A stretch of DNA of 34,323 nucleotides from Candidatus Glassbacteria bacterium RIFCSPLOWO2_12_FULL_58_11. Lineage in GTDB: Bacteria; Gemmatimonadota; Glassbacteria; GWA2-58-10. Made by a program: the position numbers and the translations under genes. Positions 30,083-34,323 of this stretch are shown in pieces. Location: NCBI GenBank assembly GCA_001780825.1, contig MFIX01000140.1, forward strand, positions 1 to 34,323, read 5' to 3'. Numbering within the stretch: position 1 is the first letter of the stretch; each line of letters starts with the position of its first letter. The notes below the pieces were generated by a model that searched no databases, was not told the origin of the DNA, and saw only the letters and a program-made list of their open reading frames with translations.

Positions 30083-31194
30083 TGATTATCAGGGAGAAAG
30101 CAGTGGGGTTCCGCGACCGGCGGCTCGAACGGATTGCCGGTAAACTGGCCGCGGGGGGCAGGCTGGACCGGAAGGATGGTCTGGCCCTTTTCGAGACCGG
30201 GGACCTGCTCGGGCTGGGAAAGCTGGCGGATGAAGCCAATCTACGGAAAAACGGCGGCCGCGTCTTCTACATAAATAACCTGCACGTCAACTATACCAAT
30301 ATCTGCGTCAACAAATGCCGCTTCTGCGCCTACCGAAGGAGCGAGGATGAGCGTGGAGCGTTTTTCCTCTCTGCGGAACAGGTGGTGGCCAAAGCGCGTG
30401 AGCTATGGCACGCCAAGGCTTGTGAGTTCCACATAGTCGGAGGCTGCCATCCCTCGGCACGCCTGGATTACTACCGCGAGATGCTCACCCGCCTTCGCCG
30501 CGAGTTTCCTCAGGTGCATCTGCAGGCCTTTACCGCGGTGGAGATAGAAAATATCGCCCAGGTGGAAAATCTCCCGGTTCCCGAGGTCCTCGCCAGCCTG
30601 GCCGAGTGCGGCCTGGGGTCGCTGCCCGGCGGCGGGGGAGAGATTTTCGCCGAAAAAATCCGGTCCAAGATCTGCCCGGAAAAAATCAGCGGGGCGCGCT
30701 ACCTGGAGGTAATGCGTCAGGCGCACCAGCTGGGGCTGCCATCCAATGTGACCATGCTTTTCGGCCATATCGAGTCGGCGGCGGACCGGGTGGACCATTT
30801 GTTGGAAATCCGCGCCCTCCAGGATGAAACTGGCGGATTCAACGCTTTTATTCCATTGCTGTTCCACCCCTGGAACACGAAACTCGAAAAGCTCCGGAAA
30901 GCAGGCGCGGTCGATGTCCTGAAAACAATTGCGGTCAGCCGGCTGCTGTTGGACAATTTCAAACATATCAAGTCGTTCTGGATCATGCTAGGTCTCCCAT
31001 TGACCCAGATTTCCCTGTTTTTCGGGTCGGATGATGTGAACGGCACGGTGCTGGAAGAGCATATTACGCACGAGGCCGGGGCCGATACTCCACAATACAT
31101 GCCCGAAGAAAAGCTCGTTTCCCTGATCCGTCAGGCCGGGCGGATTCCGGTCGAAAGGGATACACTTTACAATCCGATCTGTGGTGAGGTATAA
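30082..31194 (+). CDS. mqnE: Aminofutalosine synthase (radical SAM)
   Basis: NYTNICVNKCRFCAY, HIVGG, LPGGGGEIF, TMLFGHIE, QDETGGF; GTG start overlaps the upstream TAG. Confidence 0.88.
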   Translation: MIIREKAVGFRDRRLERIAGKLAAGGRLDRKDGLALFETGDLLGLGKLADEANLRKNGGRVFYINNLHVNYTNICVNKCRFCAYRRSEDERGAFFLSAEQVVAKARELWHAKACEFHIVGGCHPSARLDYYREMLTRLRREFPQVHLQAFTAVEIENIAQVENLPVPEVLASLAECGLGSLPGGGGEIFAEKIRSKICPEKISGARYLEVMRQAHQLGLPSNVTMLFGHIESAADRVDHLLEIRALQDETGGFNAFIPLLFHPWNTKLEKLRKAGAVDVLKTIAVSRLLLDNFKHIKSFWIMLGLPLTQISLFFGSDDVNGTVLEEHITHEAGADTPQYMPEEKLVSLIRQAGRIPVERDTLYNPICGEV

Positions 31195-31281
31195 TATTGA
31201 GTCGCACAATTTAGCAATTCTGTCTGATAACTATATTTCCGGATAATTGTGGCTTTTTATCAGGAGCAACCTGTAACCAAA

Positions 31282-31348
31282 GGACACCTCTCGCGGCACT
31301 GATGACGGGTATTCCCTCTGAGGGAATCCGACTGACTGCATCAAGTCC
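31282..31348 (+). promoter_or_regulatory. Structured 5' leader of the antiporter gene
   Basis: Nested pairs GGAC/GTCC, TGATG/CATCA, CGG/CCG and ATTCCCT-ctg-AGGGAAT. Confidence 0.35.
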
Positions 31349-31370
31349 CAAACTTTAGCCGGAGCTGAAT

Positions 31371-32849
31371 ATGCGGATTTCTGTGTTTGCCGCTGGATTG
31401 CTTGCCATCCTGTGCGGCTTGTTTCTGCTAGATGGCGCCAGTGCCGGAGCGCTGCTGCTGGCCGAGGAAGAAGCCGCCCACGGCGGGATCGATCTGGGAG
31501 CCATGCTGCCGCTCTGGAGTGTCATCCCCTTCGCCGGGATGCTGCTCAGCATTGCCTTATTTCCGCTTTTCGCTCCGGGCTTCTGGCACCATCACTATCC
31601 CAAGGTGAGCGCTTTCTGGTCGCTGATACTCGCCATCCCCTTTGTGGCGGCCTACGGGCATGCGGCCTGGCACGAGATTCTGCATATCTACCTTGTCGAT
31701 TACATCCCCTTTATCATCCTGCTCTGGGGCCTATTTACAGTCAGCGGCGGTTTGCTGGTCCGGGGCAAACTCAAGGGCACCCCGGTCGTCAACACTGTCT
31801 TTCTTCTTATCGGTACAATCCTGGCTTCCTGGGTGGGCACCACCGGCGCCTCGATGCTGCTGATCCGGCCGGTTATCCGCTCCAATAAAGACCGTCAGAG
31901 CAAGGTTCATATCATAGTCTTTTTTATTTTCCTGGTGGCTAATATCGGCGGGTGCCTGACCCCGCTGGGAGATCCGCCGCTGTTTCTCGGCTTCCTTCAT
32001 GGCGTGTCTTTCTTCTGGACGATGCAGCTTCTTCCCACCATGTCCTTTCTGGCGGTGCTCTTGCTCGTCGTCTTCTTTCTCTTCGATCTTATCCTCTATA
32101 AGAGAGAGCAGAAATCCGCCTCGACAGTGCAATCCGCTGCTGAGGCCGGAGCTGAGAAGCACGAGAAAATCTCTGTTGTCGGGCTTTACAATATCATCTT
32201 CCTGCTGGGTATCATGGGCAGCGTCTTGATGAGCGGCATACTCGATCTGGCCTCGCTCAATATCGGCGGCATCGAGGTCGAGGGGCAGAACCTGTTGCGC
32301 GATGTGCTGATATTGTTGATGGGATTTCTTTCCTGGCATTTCACGCCGCGCGAAATCCGCCAGGAAAACGAGTTCACCTGGTTCCCAATCATCGAAGTGG
32401 CCTATCTGTTCGCCGGAATTTTCATGACCATTATCCCGGCTCTGGAGATCTTGAAAGCCGGCGAGCACGGAGCCCTGGCTTTTCTGATCAAAACCGTCAG
32501 CGAGCCGGTGCATTACTTCTGGGCCACAGGCGCGCTGTCCTCCTTCCTGGACAATGCGCCCACGTATCTGACATTTTTCAACAGTGCCCTTGGACAACTT
32601 TTGCCCGGTGTCCCTGAGGCCACGGCCGTGCAGGACCTGATGACCACCCATAAGGTCTATCTTGAGGCGATCAGCGCCGGCGCAGTATTCATGGGGGCCA
32701 ATACCTACATCGGCAACGCGCCGAATTTCATGGTCCGCTCGATCGCTGAGGAAAGCGGGATCAAGATGCCGAGCTTCTTCGGCTATATGGTATATTCCAT
32801 ATTCATCTTGATCCCCATGTTCACCCTGGTGAGCCTGATTTTCTTTTAA
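31371..32849 (+). CDS. IT-superfamily membrane transporter (putative Na+/H+ antiporter or citrate-transporter-like)
   Basis: Many hydrophobic helices; LTPLGDPPLFLGF, SSFLDNAPTY, GANTYIGNAPNFMV. Confidence 0.85.
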   Translation: MRISVFAAGLLAILCGLFLLDGASAGALLLAEEEAAHGGIDLGAMLPLWSVIPFAGMLLSIALFPLFAPGFWHHHYPKVSAFWSLILAIPFVAAYGHAAWHEILHIYLVDYIPFIILLWGLFTVSGGLLVRGKLKGTPVVNTVFLLIGTILASWVGTTGASMLLIRPVIRSNKDRQSKVHIIVFFIFLVANIGGCLTPLGDPPLFLGFLHGVSFFWTMQLLPTMSFLAVLLLVVFFLFDLILYKREQKSASTVQSAAEAGAEKHEKISVVGLYNIIFLLGIMGSVLMSGILDLASLNIGGIEVEGQNLLRDVLILLMGFLSWHFTPREIRQENEFTWFPIIEVAYLFAGIFMTIIPALEILKAGEHGALAFLIKTVSEPVHYFWATGALSSFLDNAPTYLTFFNSALGQLLPGVPEATAVQDLMTTHKVYLEAISAGAVFMGANTYIGNAPNFMVRSIAEESGIKMPSFFGYMVYSIFILIPMFTLVSLIFF

Positions 32850-32937
32850 TCCGGCGCCGGCCCTGCGGGATTACTCGGCCTGACTTGCTGGCTGCCGGGA
32901 CCTGAATTCCGGCTATCGCTGAAAGGAATTTGCTCTG

Positions 32938-32987
32938 CGGTTTGGGCGCGAAAAACTGTATTTCGCGCCCAAACCGTTTTTCTTTTT
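32938..32987 (+). terminator. Strong Rho-independent terminator
   Basis: Perfect 16-bp stem CGGTTTGGGCGCGAAA-N7-TTTCGCGCCCAAACCG followed by TTTTTCTTTTT. Confidence 0.88.
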
Positions 32988-33027
32988 CTTATCATTGCAT
33001 GAAATTAAGGATTTCAGGCGGTAAAAT

Positions 33028-34059
33028 ATGAGCCGGAGCTTTTTGCGGTTCGGTCTGGAGCTGCTGCAAGATACCGAACTTCTGAGTCTTGGGGCCCTTG
33101 CCGACAGTGTCCGGCGACGGCTGCATCCCGAAGGCCGGGTGACCTTTATCAACGACCGCAATATCAACTATTCGAATATCCGTATCAGCCGCTGCCGGTT
33201 CTGCGCCTTTTACCGAGGGGAAAAAGACGCCGCGGCCTACCTTCTCAGTTACGAGGAGATCGGCCGGAAGATCGATGAGGCAAAGGCCCTGGGCGCGGTG
33301 CAGATACTTCTGCAGGGCGGCCTGCACCCGGGTCTCGGCCTCGAATGGTACACGGGATTGCTGCGTTATATCAAGCGCCGCCACCCGATCCACGTTCACG
33401 CTTTTTCCGCCCCGGAGATTGACCATATCGCCCGGCTTTCCGGGCTGGAGCCGGAACGGGTGATCGAGGAGCTGGCCGCCTCCGGGCTGGATTCGATTCC
33501 AGGCGGAGGAGCGGAAGTCCTTTGCGCCAGAGTAAGAAAGCTGGTCAGCCCGCGGAAGATCGGGGTAAAGCGCTGGCTGGCGATCCATGAGCGGGCGCAC
33601 CGCCTGGGCTTAAGGACCACGGCGACCCTGGTTTATGGGATGGGAGAGAGGCCCGAGGAGTTGATCCGTCACCTGCGTCACATCCGCGCCCTGCAGGAGC
33701 GCACGGGCGGGTTTACCGCTTTCATCCCCTGGAGCTTCCAGCCTGAGCACACCCGGCTGCGGGAGGAAAAGACCACGCCGGTCACATATCTGCGCGTACT
33801 GGCCGCCAGCCGTATTCTGCTGGACAACGTTCCCTCGATCCAGGCCTCCTGGGTCACCCAGGGCCCGGATATCGCTACGCTGGCCCTCTATTTCGGGGCC
33901 AATGATTTCGGCAGCACGATGCTGGAAGAAAACGTGGTGCGCGCCGCCGGCTGCAATTTCTCGACCATGGATGAGCCGACAATCGCCCGCCTGATCCGGC
34001 AGGCCGGATTCACTCCGGCTCTGCGGCGGCAGGATTACAGTATTATCCGGACACTTTAG
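33028..34059 (+). CDS. mqnC: Cyclic dehypoxanthinyl futalosine synthase homologue; first radical-SAM Cys reads Arg
   Basis: DRNINYSN, QILLQGGLHP, PGGGAE, GGFTAFIPWSFQP, QASWVTQG, GANDFGSTMLEENVV. Confidence 0.85.
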   Translation: MSRSFLRFGLELLQDTELLSLGALADSVRRRLHPEGRVTFINDRNINYSNIRISRCRFCAFYRGEKDAAAYLLSYEEIGRKIDEAKALGAVQILLQGGLHPGLGLEWYTGLLRYIKRRHPIHVHAFSAPEIDHIARLSGLEPERVIEELAASGLDSIPGGGAEVLCARVRKLVSPRKIGVKRWLAIHERAHRLGLRTTATLVYGMGERPEELIRHLRHIRALQERTGGFTAFIPWSFQPEHTRLREEKTTPVTYLRVLAASRILLDNVPSIQASWVTQGPDIATLALYFGANDFGSTMLEENVVRAAGCNFSTMDEPTIARLIRQAGFTPALRRQDYSIIRTL

Positions 34060-34092
34060 CCCGGGAAACGGATTCTTGAATTGAAAAATCCC

Positions 34093-34323
34093 ATGCAAAA
34101 ACTAAAGACAGCTCCCGGAGATTATTCCGGGTTCGCGGTGATCGGCGGCAGCGGGGCTTACGACTTGACCCTGGAGAGTATCGGTGAGAGGGCGGGGGGG
34201 CTGGTTCTCGAGACGCCGTTTGGCAAGGCCTCGCCGATCGAGTTCCTGCGTCCAGAGGGTTGCCGGGGAACGTTAGCTTTCCTGTCCCGTCACGGGACCT
34301 CCGGCTATCAGCGGACCGCGGGG
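34093..34323 (+). CDS. MTAP-family purine nucleoside phosphorylase, truncated by the window end
   Basis: Translation MQKLK...AVIGGSGAY...ETPFG...AFLSRHG; open to the window edge. Confidence 0.85.
   Translation, partial: MQKLKTAPGDYSGFAVIGGSGAYDLTLESIGERAGGLVLETPFGKASPIEFLRPEGCRGTLAFLSRHGTSGYQRTAG

Noticed and set aside
31296-31312. CTGATGAC suggests a fluoride riboswitch 3' half
   Set aside because: The 5' GATGG-containing stem and pseudoknot partner are absent

Overview
GC-rich bacterial chromosome segment, almost all + strand, with no mobile element, CRISPR, rRNA or tRNA seen. Gene order: small orphan ORFs around a minus-strand sigma28-type promoter and candidate sRNA; lipoprotein-ahcY-DUF151; a mixed aromatic/leucine operon (chorismate mutase, DAHP synthase 1, leuA, leuC, leuD, leuB, DAHP synthase 2); proS-phosphoesterase-carB-receiver-lipoprotein-Zn ribbon; nnr; yceD-rpmF-plsX-fabHDG-acpP-fabF-rnc; acyl-CoA dehydrogenase; mqnE, antiporter, mqnC and a partial MTAP-family gene. 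The most interesting signals are non-coding. (1) A complete transcription attenuator whose 10-codon leader (MLYLYLLFPI) interleaves Leu, Tyr and Phe codons, matching the mixed aro+leu operon. (2) A second uORF before leuA whose Leu codons are the anti-Shine-Dalgarno of leuA. (3) A ~125-nt promoter-to-terminator candidate sRNA with a C-rich loop complementary to the RBS of the divergent neighbour. Also noted: Ser31/Ile31 DAHP synthase paralogues, an SAH-riboswitch-like ahcY leader, an inverted heptamer array, and an MqnC with a broken radical-SAM motif. All calls come from reading motifs and base-pairing by eye; no searches or folding programs were run.
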